From the human T2T-CHM13v2.0 reference genome, Homo sapiens, in NCBI RefSeq assembly GCF_009914755.1, contig NC_060934.1: a stretch of DNA of 64,000 nt; one strand, 5' to 3'. The notes below the pieces were generated by a model. That model worked only from the letters and a program-made list of their open reading frames with translations, was not told the origin of the DNA and searched no databases. How positions within the stretch are numbered: the first letter of the stretch is position 1; each line of letters starts with the position of its first letter. Below are positions 1-14,454 of this stretch, piece by piece. A program made the translations under genes and the position numbers.

Positions 1-200
1 TCCCTACTAAAAATTTAAAAATATTAGCCAGGCATAGTGATGCATGCCTGTAGTCCCAGCTACTCAGGAGGCTGAGGTAGGAAGATCACTTGAGCCCAGG
101 AGGTTGAGGCTGCAGTGAGCTGTGATTGCATCAATGCACTCCAGCATGGGCAACAGAGTGAGACCCTGTCTCACCTCACAAAAGAAAAAAGAAAAAGAAA
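1..200 (+). mobile_element. AluJ-type, right part (cut by window start)
   Basis: Alu linker, right arm and A-rich tail. Confidence 0.9.
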
Positions 201-728
201 TACAAACCAAACTGATTCTATATCCAGGATCTATATACCCAGGGTTGTAAAAGCCAAAGCATTTTCCCTACACTCACTGGGACCTATCTAAGGCAATGAG
301 GTCTGATGGCTCCATGTTCTCTTACAACCCCCGCTTTAACTGCCGTGGAGGCTGTGAAGCCTGTCGTATTTCTTCAAACATAAACATGAACGCTGCTCCT
401 TTAATGTCTTTCTTCTCCCATAATAATCTATACTCTAATTCAAAGAAATGCAATTTCATCGTTGGTTCCCCATGCTGATGTTTGAGAAAAGATCATGTGA
501 TGCAAACCGTAATGACTAAGGAATATAATCAAGACGACGCCAGTAAGTGATTTCCAGCAATGTAGCCATTTACTACAAAGCACTTCCTCCTCTGATGGAA
601 GGTTTTAAAAAATTAAGCTTTCACTGCTGCCACGAACTATTGTAGTTTGGAAGGCGGCCCGTGGCAGTGTCACCATCTTCGGTGAATCTAGTGAAGAGCT
701 TTGGCCACTAGGGCAAGGAAAAAGCCAG

Positions 729-818
729 GCAGAGGGGGGCAGAGAGGGGGCAGAGGGGGATAGAGGGGGAATAGAGGGGGTATAGAGGGGGCATGGGGGG
801 CCAGAGGGGGGCAGAGGG
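729..818 (+). repeat. G-rich degenerate minisatellite (~10-bp unit, AGAGGGGG core)
   Basis: Eight G5-G6 tracts plus one G3, separated by 3-6 nt. Confidence 0.9.
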
Positions 819-2225
819 AGCTGCAGCTACCACAACAGATTATTGCCCTGCCCTCAAGGGGCCATATGGCCCCAGCATGGCCCCAGGAAATAGCTACAGA
901 GAGGCCCTGAGTGCTAGCTGGATGGGGTGGTTTATTGTGTCCCATGCTGCACTATGGTAGGGGGGATTCTGGTCCCCCCATTAGTCCCCTGTCAAAAGTG
1001 ACTTTTCCTGGCCAAACAAATTTATCCCTCCCCATCTACACAGGGTTGCAGAATGTTGACCTTCTGCAAAGAACAGAGGTCTCTAAAGAGAGAGAAGCCA
1101 CCCATTCCCAGGTAAATGAGTCAAGCAGGAGACCAGCCTTTGCAAAGGAAGGAGCAAAACATTTGTAGAAAAATAAAATCAAGTGGGTAAGAATTTGTTT
1201 AAATTGAAACTCTGAACATTTTGAGATAGAAGGTTAAATACTTACTGCAAACAGAAATAAGGCTCCCAAAACGAGAAAGCAACACCCCAAAATGACAAAG
1301 TGAGCAAAAGACTGCAATGGAGCAGATGACATCAGGTAAGATGTCTCTTGTCTTTCTGGATGCTCTGCTGTTTTTGCAGTCTAAGATATGGAAGAAAGCT
1401 GATTCACTGGAGAGAAATCAAGTGCATTGAAGGGAGAGAAAAAAGGTAGGATGGCCAGGAAGGGCCACATTGGGATTTAAGGGCAGAGAAAAAGGGAAGA
1501 AGCCCAGATAGAGCTGGAGAGCTGGTCTCCTGCAGACAAAGCCAGCACAGGAGGGTCCTGACTTCCTGGTCAGGAATTCGCTCCTGCACACCCAATCATC
1601 TGCAGTTCCCTCAGGAAACCAATGCAGGTCCCCATGAGCTTGTATAGATCCTCCCTTCTCCACAGAAAGCAGCAGGTAAGATGTCAGAGGGATGGAGGTG
1701 GTCAGGAAAATGCTAGTCTAACCCCAGGCCTAGACTCTATTGCCTGCTTCCCCAGGTCCAGCCAGCCGACAGACCGCCAGAGACAAAAAGCTAACAGCAC
1801 CTGGTTGTCACATTCCAGGTGAAAACAGGTACCTAGTGCTAGAGGAAAATCGGCAAGTAAAGAGAATGTCTTGTCCCACAGACATTCCCTGGGACAAGCT
1901 GGGAGCCACGTAGCAGCTGGGAATCAGAGAATCCAGGGAGGTGGAACACAGCCAGAGTTCTTCCTATCAGAAAGATTTTTCCAACTTGTAAGGTGGACAT
2001 CATTTCATAGCCTAGCAAAATAAATGATTTGCAAGACAAGCTATGGCATTATCACAGATACTCCAGGGAAAGAAACCCCAAGGAACATCATGCCACTACT
2101 GATAAAGCTCAATTTTCAGTAATTAGGAGGTAACTAACACGCAATCCACAGGTGAACTTATTGCAGAAGCCTAGTGCTCCTTGGGAAGTCAATATACTCA
2201 CAACTTTTTTTTTTTTTGTCTTTAG

Positions 2226-2355
2226 CCCATTTATGCCTAGTGTTCCATCATTGGAACTCTAAGCATGTGGGAGTTATTTATATCCTACTGCTCAAGGTCA
2301 TCGCCAAGGTCTGATTGCAAAAATTCAAAAACCTGCAACCTCAGACATGAATGGA
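2226..2355 (+). mobile_element. MER85 (non-autonomous piggyBac/PGBD3 MITE)
   Basis: cccatttatgcct...agacatgaatgga terminal inverted repeats, TTAA-type target (ttag left, ttaa right), internal palindrome gttccatcattggaac, ~130 bp. Confidence 0.93.
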
Positions 2356-3077
2356 TTAATTGCCATTTGTTTTGTTTTCTAATGGAAAATAAGAACTGAT
2401 TTCCTCGCTCTGTTAGGTAGCAATCTGATGTACCCTTTCTCTCCACCCACCACACCATATATAAGCAAAACTGGTCTCTGTTTTTCCACCAACACTTATT
2501 TCTCATTTGTGGATTGAGCTAAAAACACACACAATTAAAAAAGAAACATAAAGCCAACCCTTTTTCTCTGCAGGTAGTAATTAAGGTGATTTGTTAGTTA
2601 GTTGGGTTTTTCTACACGTATTTCTTTTTCTTTTTCAGAGATGAAAGGTACTCGCTCGATGTAAATGTCAACCTCCAAAAAGGAGTAGGTGCTTCTTAGA
2701 CAAGAGGAAGATATCCTTGATGTGGGAAGGAGGGAGGGTTTTTTTTTTTATGGTGATGAAACATTGTTTTTTTAAAATGTTGATTTACAGTAATATTACT
2801 AACATGAGTCATAAAAAAAGTTATTCCTAAATAATTGTAGCAGAACTTCGTGTCCTATGCAGGAAAAAACGTCATATAGAATTGCAGATTACTTTCCAAG
2901 ATAAACACCAGAATTCAGTCATCTAGCACTTACTCACCACCTACTACCTAAACCTTATAAAGTTATCCTACGCTGTAGAATGTTTACCATGTCAAAGGTC
3001 TGTTAGATGATATTTGTATTTTATTACAGAAATAAATTCTTAAATTATAAATCAACAGAAAATTAAAGATTTAAAAT

Positions 3078-3459
3078 TGTATTAGTCCATTCTCACGCTG
3101 CTATAAAGAACTGAGACGGGGTAATTTATAAAGACAAGAGGTTTAACTGGCTCACAGTTCTGCAGGCTGTACAGGAAGCATGGATGGAGAGGTCTCAGGA
3201 AACTCACAATCATGGCAGAAGGCAAAGGGGAAACCAGCACACCCTCACACAATGGAGTACGAAAGAGAGCGAGCGAAGGGGGAAGCGCTACACACTTTTA
3301 AACAACCAGATCTCGGGAGAACTCACTTACCATCACGAGAACAACAAGGGGGAAATCTGCCCCCATGATTCAATCACCTCCCACCAGGCCCCTCCTCCAA
3401 CACTGGAGATTACAATTCCACAAGAGATTTGGGTAGGGATACAGAGCTAAACCATATCA
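3078..3459 (-). mobile_element. MSTA solo LTR (ERVL-MaLR)
   Basis: tgtattagtccattctcac...aaaccatatca with typical MST body. Confidence 0.9.
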
Positions 3460-4964
3460 TCAATTAGTGAGGTCTCTTTCACACCACTACCCACAGTGTT
3501 CACTCTAATTTAAAATGCCTTAGACTGAACCCATCATGATGGGTTTAATAACATCACAGGTATTTTCACTATGTGGCTTTTTTTTTTTTTTTCAAATTTA
3601 GCCCTAATATCCCATTTTCTCCAAAAGGAGCTCTAAGTTTTTCTTCTCTGTTTTCACAGCCACCTTGATCCTGCCTCCTAACTTCTTCACATTGGGCTTC
3701 TTTAATTTTCCAAGCTTTGCATTTCATAAAATCCCTAGACCACAGCTCTTCTGCAGTGTTTCCCTATCCTAATTAAGGAATTCATCACCTGTTTCTACTA
3801 ATGCTTCTCCCACCCTGGGGAACACAGACCCACTTGCCTGACCTCCCACGCCATGCAGCTGACACCTTTGGAGGGAAACAGCTTTATGGATTAAGCTCAC
3901 ACTTTTTCTCATGTCTTGTTTCTGTTCCATTGTCTCCTGACAACCCATGTCCCTGCTGCCAACACCTCGCCTGCCCCACAATCTCTCCTTTAATGCTGGT
4001 TTCCCTAGCATTTTGATTGAAAGGATCTTTTGTTATGAAGCCATGTCAAAACATGCACATTTGAACTATTTTCTGAACCAGATTATTCTTCAAAGACGGA
4101 AACCATGAATTTTCCTTCTGTATCCCTACTGGTACCTAATACCTACATCTGAAACCAACTCTATTCAATCAATGATTATTGACTGAGGGATGACGTCATG
4201 AGTTTCTTGAATCGACTTCGGTTGTACACATCCTGCTGTGAAGCTAAAAGGTTCTCAGGCAGGATCTTTCTAATCAGAATAGGGTTGTTCTCTGCACAGG
4301 TACAATCACATGAGGAATGTAGGAAAATTGTCATATAATTCTGCTTTTCATAGGAACTAGCCTTTGCTTAAACTATTCAATTATTTTAAGATTTTATGAA
4401 AATCTCAAAACGTATCTAAATTTCTTGGGGAAGAAATGTATGAAAGGGAATAAAAAATATCTGAAAAACCCTTTCAGTTCTTGTCTCTATTATGGAACTT
4501 TATAAACAAACCAAAAGTCGTCCAAAAAATCAAGAATCCATGAATGTATCAAATGTGTATCACGGCTAAAAATTCTGGTTTGATTCCTGTAGTTCAAAAC
4601 AACAGAATGCATTGTAACCTGAAATTTTTTCTTATACGCATACACATAAGTACGTGTATATTAAAGACATTTGAATTTGAGCATCAGATTGTTGATTTTT
4701 TTAAACCATTCTAGCCTTTAACTGACCTACATTGATTCCTTTACATTAAGAATGCAGTGGATATTTGGTAACAACAGTGTTGTTTGAAGAAGTTTCTTCT
4801 TCATGAACACTTCTCTAAAATGCAGACATCGTTATGAATAAATGCATCATTAATAAAAAAATAAAAATTCAAAGCCATTGAAATATTGGAAAAATTTATT
4901 AAAAGAGTAAAATTTTGGAAAAAAAATGCCAGGAGTGTTCATTATTTGGGACGACGTTCTATGG

Positions 4965-5449
<485 letters not shown>

Positions 5450-6021
5450 TCACAGAAAGCATCTCACCTTTCTTTTTCCTCTAAAACCCTTTCAGTATTA
5501 ACCTCTCAAGGTCTTTAGGCATTTCTATGGAGAAACTGGTGAATTAAGGGTAGGCCATTTAATAGAGGCAAAAAAGGAAATCAAGACCTCACCCAAACAA
5601 ATTCTTAGGTTCTTACTGGCCTGAGAGTAACACCTTATGCCCTCCATTTTGCACGCTCACAACCAAATAAACAGACAAATACCAAATTGAGGACAGAAAG
5701 TTCAATTGCAGCTGTTAACAGTCCCTGACTTGTGCAGACACACACACACACTCACACCTTAGTTCTTTAAGGAGCACAAGGCCTAGTATATGACATAAAA
5801 TAGACATCCAATAAACATTTGCTAAAAGACCTAATGCCTTTAGAGCAATAAGTCACAGAATACCCATCTAAGAAATCAGCAGGGAGACCCCCAGCTGGTC
5901 AAATTGGCCAGATTAGTCCCCAGCAGCCTGAATGGTAAAGCCTCAGTGTTACTGACTGTGAAGAAGTAAAACAGTAAAATTTAAAATGTACATAAGCAAA
6001 TCTGTTTTAAAACCATTATCT

Positions 6022-6328
6022 GGCCAGGCACAGTGGCTTGCACCTGTAATCCCAGAAGTTTGCAAGGTCAAGATGGGGGGATCGCTTGAGCCCAAGAGTT
6101 CCAGACCAGCCTGGGCAACATAGGTAGACCCCATCTTTTCAAATAAAATAAAATTAGCCAGGCATGGTGGTGCACACTTGTGATCCCCGCTACTCGGGAG
6201 GCTCAGGTGGGAGGACCACTTGAGCCCAGGAAGTCAAGGCTGCAGTGAGCTGTGATCATGCCACTGCACTTCAGCCTGGGTGACAGAGCAAGTGTCTCAA
6301 AACAATAATAATAATAAATTAAATAAAA
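6022..6328 (+). mobile_element. AluJ
   Basis: Dimeric Alu with J-type positions. Confidence 0.9.
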
Positions 6329-6429
6329 TCACTATTTTATTTATTTTTACATCTACCCACCCATAAGTATAATCTGATACAATGAATTACTGACATACTA
6401 ACACTTTTTTTTTTTTTTAAGTATTGCAA

Positions 6430-6970
6430 TCTTTTTTTTCCTTTATTTGCTAGGCTCACCCTGTAAGCCCCAAGAACCAATGTTAGTAACCTGGAATATA
6501 TTAATCCATATTTTTCTACCTATACATATATTCCTAATCAGAGCTAAACATATATAGACATAGATACGCAAACGCAGGCACACACAGAGGGTTTGGTCAT
6601 CTCTACGCTTTTCTACATCTGTGTTTCTCACTGAGCAACACTTCACAGGCATACCTCCAAGGCATGTGGCTATAGAGCTCTATTTCCTTCCTTTAAATGA
6701 TCGCATCATATTCTTTGGTGCAGATTATCAAAATGTAACTCACTATTCTCTTGCAGATGACCTTTCGCTCTGTTTCCAGTTTTGTGCTACTACAAACGGT
6801 GCTGTCATAGACATCCTTGTACTTACGCTTTCTATGCTGATAATTTTGTTTCCATGGGAGAGATTCCCAGGAGTGGAATTGCCAGAACAAAACGTATTTG
6901 TGTCTTTCAGGTTTTAACACTTGTTGCTAGATTGCTTTTTTTAAGGCAGTAAGAGTTCATGTTTCCAAAA
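6430..6970 (-). mobile_element. Old L1ME 3' fragment
   Basis: tgtttccagttttgtgctactacaaac...gattcccaggagtggaattgcc motifs of L1M 3' ends. Confidence 0.65.
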
Positions 6971-8811
6971 GAGTTAATATTTTAATGGAGATAAAATAAA
7001 ATTGTGCTTAGAAGGCAGGGAGTCCATAATCTTTCTGTGACAATGCCACCACTCTCCGTGAGACCTGTAAATCCAACCAGTCCTTCTTCCCTGTTCCTTC
7101 CCTTGGCCAGCCCAGCCACTCCTGCTAAAGCTTGAGACTTTCTAGGGTTCCACTGATGGAGTTCACTATACCCTGAACTTCTGCATTTATATTCTAAAGC
7201 AGGCTACCATAACTTTTCCAAAGGAGGAGTTGCATGGCTTTCACCAAATTTCCACAGTGGTCCGAGACCCGAAAAGCATTAGGAGCCACCCTTCTAGAGT
7301 CTGATGGATGACAAGAGGATTGGGATATTGTTTACGACATGATTTAATTTTGCCAAGGATAACAATAAGAAGAAAGTTGCTTTTTTTGGAGAAGTCTTCC
7401 TGTGTCCATGAAGCAATCAAACCATTTTCGATCCACATTATTTTAAGAAGGAGCGAGTTCTATAAATAGTTGACAAAAAGGCACAGGTGTTGGGTGGGGA
7501 AAGAAAAACAGAAAGAGCTCCTTCCAAACCAGGTAAAGGATCCTTTCTTATTCTACATATTTCTCAAAGAATTTGGCATCTGATCCATGGAAAGAGGAAA
7601 AGAGTCACTTTGGGGTTTCTTTCAAAGAAAGGATAAACATTTCAGTGGAGAATGAGAGGAGAAAGCCGAATGAAATACAGAAAAAAAAAACTGTTCACAG
7701 AATTTGGGAGAATATATTTTGAGGGGACCCAATAAACACCTCTAAGTCAGGGGTCAGGTCTTTCCTCCATTCACCCTCTCTCCCCACAGCCGCTGGTCTC
7801 TCGCCTCACACAACCCGCACCCAAGAGCTGGCAGGGCTGGGCCAAAGGAGGTATCCAATAAATGTAGATTAAACCAATAAATAATTAAAGCAGCCTTATA
7901 CAGATAAGTTACAGGAAGTATGGAGGGTCCTTCAGTGAGATTTCTTTGCTAGTAAAGGTTTGAAACCAAAAATACCAAGGTTTTTCTCCATTTGTAATTT
8001 ATGCCAAGAAAGAACTGGAAAAGCATCTGTCCACCTGTCAGAAAAGTGTCTTGTTCTTCATTCTTATAAGACTCTTGCTTTTTATGAAACTACCTTCCAT
8101 TCTTTCTATTTCATTTCATACATTATCACCCTTATCATCTGACGGCACAATATCATCCGGGCGATTGCTTAGTGTGGTTATTTATTAGTAACCATTAAAT
8201 TAAATAGGATCACTGGCCTCTAGTTTAAAATCTACAGCAAAGGACAAAGATGAAAACAGACATAAAAAACCTTAAATTAATGAACAAACTACACAGAGAA
8301 AGACCCACTAAAACAGGTAAAGCCTCTTGAATTACATCTGTGCTTGTTATATAGTAGAATGAGTGATCTATCCTCTGGAATCAGTAATATTTTGAAAAAG
8401 ATCTCATTACCACACTTCCAGAAGTAACACTACATGTTTCTGTTACAGTTTTTCACATTCGCTATTTCTTAAAACATATGGAATAACTAAAAGACACAGA
8501 GACTGCAAAGCTAATTCACAGATGGGGAACTTAAATTGCAATAAGGTGACTGTTAGAGTGTCCAGCAGTGAATTAAATCATACTTAGCCATTCATAACAA
8601 AAAAGAAAAGACACTTCATGTTTTCTTGGTCTTTCAGGTTTTCAAGACTTTCCCGAACATTGTCCTTCCAAGTTAACTTTGTTATATTATTATATACGTG
8701 TGTGTGTATATATGTATAGGTAGATGTCATACAAATGTATGTAAAAACATGCATATATTTATATGCATAATGAATATGTTTGCATATTGTATGCATATCT
8801 ATATATATGTA

Positions 8812-9435
8812 CAGTAGTCCCCTCTTATCCCTAGTTTCACTTTACACAGTCAACTGTGGGCTGAAAATAGGTGAGTAAAGTACAATAAGATATTTCGAGA
8901 AAGAGAGAGACCACATTTGCATAACTTTTATTACAGCATACTGTTGAAATTATTCTATCTTACTATTAGTTATTGTTGTGGTTTTTTATTTTTAAATTTT
9001 TTTCCACAGATTTTTGGGGAACAGATGGTATTTGGTTACATCAAAAAGTGAGCTAAGGACATGAATAGACAATTCTCAAAAGAAAATATACAAATGGCCA
9101 ACAAACATATGAAAAAATGCTCAACATCACTAATGATCTGGTAAATGCAAATCAAAACCACAGTGCGATACCACCTTACTCCTGCAAGAATGGCCATAAT
9201 CAAAAAATCAAAAAATAATAGATGTTGGCGTGGATGCAGTGAAAACCCGCTGGTGGGAATGTAAACTAGTTACTGTTGTTAATCTCTTCCTGTGCCTAAT
9301 TTATAAATTAAGCTTTATTGTAGATATATACACATAGGAAACAACAGTATTTATAAGGTTCGGTACTATCTGCAGTTTTCAGACATCCACTAGGGTTCTT
9401 GGAACATATTCCCTGCAAATAAGGGGTGTCTACTG
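8812..9435 (+). mobile_element. MER44A (Tigger7 derivative) interrupted by L1
   Basis: cagtagtccc...gtctactg termini with TA target duplication; flanked by TA-rich low-complexity DNA. Confidence 0.88.
8980..9266 (-). mobile_element. Short L1PB-type insertion with 5' inversion
   Basis: Minus-strand L1 tail 8980-9041 joined to a plus-strand L1 ORF2 piece 9042-9266; TSD tagtta(t/c)tgttgt. Confidence 0.82.
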
Positions 9436-10777
9436 TATGCATATTGTATGTAATGTATGTATATTATATGTATATCTACATACATGTATATTACATATAA
9501 TATTTATTATATATGTATATAAAAAACCCATATACATACACACTCCTAAGACATTAAGTGGTATTCCTATGAAGAATAAAATATTCTAGAATAAAAAGAT
9601 TCAAAGCCTTGGAAATTATCCAATTCTAAGGAAAACTTATATAACAGATATGTTCTCTGTCCAATAGCAGAAATATAGTTAAGAGCTACTTTGGTTTTAA
9701 TTTTAATGGTTTATAAGCATTAAAGCCATTCTAGAGGTTTTTAAAAGAATCAGTATTGAGGCTCTATGACTGCCTAATTAAAAATAGAATGGAATTCTTG
9801 GTTTTACTATATTTCACTTTTTTGTATAAGTAAATCGCTTGGAATTGGTATATTTAGTTGTGTGGTGTCTAAAATACTGTGTGCTTAGGAAGCTAACTCA
9901 GTAGCTAAAGATGCTTATTAGATTTATCTTAGAAGACATTCACAGATCATGGATTCCTGTAAATAAGAAAAATTCCACAGAAACAGGAGCTCAGTGTCAG
10001 TCAAAAGGGGTCCAGAGCAGCTCTACCAGTTGGGATCAAATTTGTGTTGCCTTAATTTCTGATTTAGCATCATCCTGACCCTTGACTTCACCAAAAATCA
10101 AGAGAGAGGGAAGGAGGCAGAGAAGGAAATTCTAATTGCTCTCTTCCAACATTTTGTAATGAGAAAAACTCCATTTTACAAAGCACAACCCATATTTTGG
10201 AAGCCCAAGTATCTCATTTCAGAATACAATACAATTGTCCCAAACGGAAGCTTTTTCAAAGAATGATGTTAACATAGTCATCTTTTCTCTACAGAATTTC
10301 TTGAGCCTGTTTTTATCCTTTTGCAAGGCCCCCAGAGAATTCCGGTGGGAAGGTCCTTCTGAAGCTAATGGGTGCTCTAAACAAAGTTCTGAGGTAAAGG
10401 AAAATGACAAGTAGGCTAGATAATTTCTGCTTAAAATATATAATTTTTAAGCACACATATATGTACTTCATGAGAGTTTAAACATTCAGGGCACAATAAG
10501 GGCTACCGCAGGCTGCTGGTTACCCCTAGAGTTATCTCCAAGAGGCCTTTTCTGAATTCTATATTGTCCTATAAATTTGGTTTTGTTGTTTAAGGCCATT
10601 ACGAGACAGTAGTGTCTAAGTAGTGTCCTCCTTTCAAAAAATACATTGTTAGGAAATTAAGAGTGTTGATTAAGGGTATTAAGGAATAGTTCCCTAATGA
10701 GCCTGTTAATTTAATGAAATGGGATTGCTTTAGATCAGCTCCTCTGTATAAGGGATCACAGAGACATGCTGAATTGA

Positions 10778-11183
<406 letters not shown>

Positions 11184-12197
11184 TAAGAAAGCATTAGGAA
11201 GTAAAACTAAAATAAGACATTTCATAAAAGTATACAAATATATAGAGTTACTCTACTTCTACATAGAAAACTTGAAAAATATCTACTGAGCTAATTAGGA
11301 AGTCATGTAACATGGCATAAATGACTTTGAACGTAGGTTACTGAAGCTCGACAACTGAGTTAAATGATGAGTTGCTATCAGTGAATGAACAGCATGACTG
11401 TAGCTATTCTTGTCTTTCGTCCTGTGCCATTCTTTAAACATCTTCCAATGTGAAACTGATTTGCCCATCAACTTCCCTCAAATCTATGTGACCTCCCAAT
11501 TATGACCTTCAGCCAATATCTGAGACCAGTCCAGGGAAGGAGCTATTTAGAGAATGGTCAAATGAAATGGCAGGCCTGACAATTGCTATTTTGGCAGAAA
11601 AGAAAAAATAATGGCAGTTTTTTTTCAAGTTCTTTTATTGCTACATTGAGACATTATTGCAGAACATTTTTGTACTAAAATCAGAGACTATTACAACTGG
11701 AAGGAATTTTACTACAACCTACATCTTATGCCCTGAAAAAGGTTAGGAGTGCCCAAAGTCACACTTAGTGGCAGGGACAGGGGGAGAGCCCAGATCGCTG
11801 GGTGGCTGGTCTAGTGCTATATTTACCCAATAAAATCAAAGCGTATACAACAGGTCAGCAACTTATTTACGATGTACTCGTATTCTGATACAAAAGAAAA
11901 CCAAGCTTCTTTATGTGTTAGAGCTGCCCTGTGATTCTTTACAAGTCCGTACCACACGGAAGTGGAAAGAACTAAATTTAGTTCCATCGGTTGCATTGAG
12001 TCCATTCAACAACTGAAACAGTCAGCTTAGGTCAATTCCCATTTCCTCCTGCTTCCTGGTTCCCCTCTGAGATGATGTCCTGGAGTGTGTGAATGAAGGA
12101 AGAAGAAAGCCTGGGACCCATGCCCACATTCCCTCCTTCTCTCCTCGAACTCCTTTGGCCTCAGTGGTGTCTCCTGTCCTCTCAGGTGCCAGGCACC

Positions 12198-12269
12198 CTG
12201 TTGGCATCTGTGGCTGGCATCTGTTGGCATCTGTGGCATCTGTTGGCATCTGTTGGCATCTGTGGCTGG
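12198..12269. repeat. Minisatellite (CTGTTGGCAT)n-like
   Basis: Six GGCATCTG cores in 9-13-bp units. Confidence 0.9.
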
Positions 12270-12922
12270 TAACCCTGTGGTGTGTTCTTCCTTGGCTCAG
12301 GAACAGCCTAGCGGTACCCCCTGAAGACACTTCCTTCCATGCTTCTCGTTGAGGTCTAACCTCTACTCCCCACCTGCACATCCACCCCTGGCCCCAGGGC
12401 CACACTGTTCCTGCAATGGCAATGCCCCTGGCAGCTCCCAGCAAGCACCTCAGCATCCTTCTACAAGGCACATTGCAGCTGCCATCGCCTTCCACACTAT
12501 GGGAGAGACTAAGATTCTGGGAAATGCAACCCACATTCTTACTTTGCCTGCCATGCTGCAGAGGCCCCAAGTCTGCCACTGAGGTGGGAGGAGATTGGGA
12601 ATACATTTTGTGGGGTGGTTTTCTCTGCTTTTGGCAGTTTAATCTGCCTCTCCCAACTTTCATCTCTGAGCCTGCAGTCAGCAGAGAGAGAGGAGGTCAT
12701 GTTTCAGTCTCCGATTTTCTGCTTGCTTCGTACAATCTACCATGGCCAGAAGTGGGAGTAGGGTAGGTGCCCCCCTTCAAGTGGGACCATCTTCCCTCCT
12801 TCCCAGAGTGCCACTCACTCTTCACTCTGCTTCTCTCTCTGGGGCCACAAGTGTGAAGCAGGATGGCAGAGCATGATTTATGTGAGAGAAAGATGAAAAA
12901 TGCATTGATTGTGTATATATAT

Positions 12923-13241
12923 ATTTATTTATTTATTTTAATTTTAGAGACAGGGTCTCACTCTGTCACCCAGGCTGGAGTGCAGTGGCATGATCACAGC
13001 TCACTGCATCCTTGAACCCCTGGCCTCAAGCGATCCTTCTGCCTCAGCCTCCTAAGTAGCTGGGGCTACAAGCATGAGCCACCATGCCTAGCTTATTTAT
13101 TTTTATTTGTTATTTTTTTTTGGCAAACACAATGGTTTCCCTATGTTGCCTAGGCTGATCTTGAATCCTGGCCTCAAGTGATCCTCCTGCTTCAGCCTAC
13201 CAAAGCATTGGGATTATAGCCATAAGCTACTGTGCCCAGCC
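12923..13241 (-). mobile_element. AluJ
   Basis: Reverse dimeric Alu. Confidence 0.9.
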
Positions 13242-14124
13242 TGATTTAATACTTTTAAAACATCCTCCTCGATAGATAGACTATATATTGAAACGCCTAA
13301 TACAAGGGCCAGTTACCAGACTCTGAACCACTTACTCTTAACAAACAGCCTAGAGCCTGCCCACCCAAAATACAGCACTCACACCTCCCTCCACCGTCAG
13401 CTATGGGAATGATGGAAAGGGAAGTAGGGTGGGCCAGGAAGGAATCAAAGGACCAACTTTCCAGGCCTTGGGAAACAGATGAAAAGGATGCAGGTCATCT
13501 CAGGAGGGTTGAGAGTAGAACACCAGGTCCCTGTGATTAAAGGGTCGAAAACCTAGCAGTGCACAAAAATCAAAACATCTTGGTTATTTTCCTGTCTCCC
13601 ACTACTGACATTTTTGTCTCTTACATCATTTTATCCAGGGGTACAATGGGGGCGTGGGGGCAGGGTGGGGATCTGACTTATGGGAAACTGTGAGGGTGAG
13701 TGGAATCGCAAAGGTTGGAGTTAACATCTGCTTAGCACGCTGTGCTCCCTGAAGGAAATGTACCACATCCAGTGAATTCATATGTCCCCTTTGAAGTTCT
13801 CATTCACATTCACCCATTCCTCTATGTGAAACGTAATCTCTTATCATTTACGTTGCCTCAAAACCTTGAAAATAAACATGCTGAAGCTTCTCCCAATGAA
13901 CTTTAACCATTACATACATGAGAAAGTGCTTACTCGGAGAACAAGAAGCATTACCATGGATCAGAAGACAGCATCAAATGGTGGAAAATCAAAAGGTGGA
14001 AGTGTAAAGCTGCCAAAATGGCGTTCAAAGAAAAGAGAAAGTTAGGAGGCAAGCATAAAAGGCTTCTTGTCCAAGACCAGCAGAACCCAACAAAAACTGT
14101 CGGGAGAAGCAGTGTTTGTGTTTA

Positions 14125-14454
<330 letters not shown>

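Noticed and set aside
622-690. Small nested hairpins (ctgccacg...cgtggcag; tcacc...ggtga) suggesting an ncRNA
   Set aside because: Stems are short and show no tRNA, snoRNA or miRNA hallmark.
10295-10393. Plus-strand 99-nt pseudo-exon (ttttctctacAG...gag|GTAAAG), open in one frame
   Set aside because: Antisense to NEBL, no recognisable peptide or partner exons; such matches are common by chance.
12022-12663. Longest ORF in the track (213 aa, minus strand)
   Set aside because: Runs through the GGCATCTG minisatellite, resembles no protein I recognise and has no evident splice context; likely a chance ORF.
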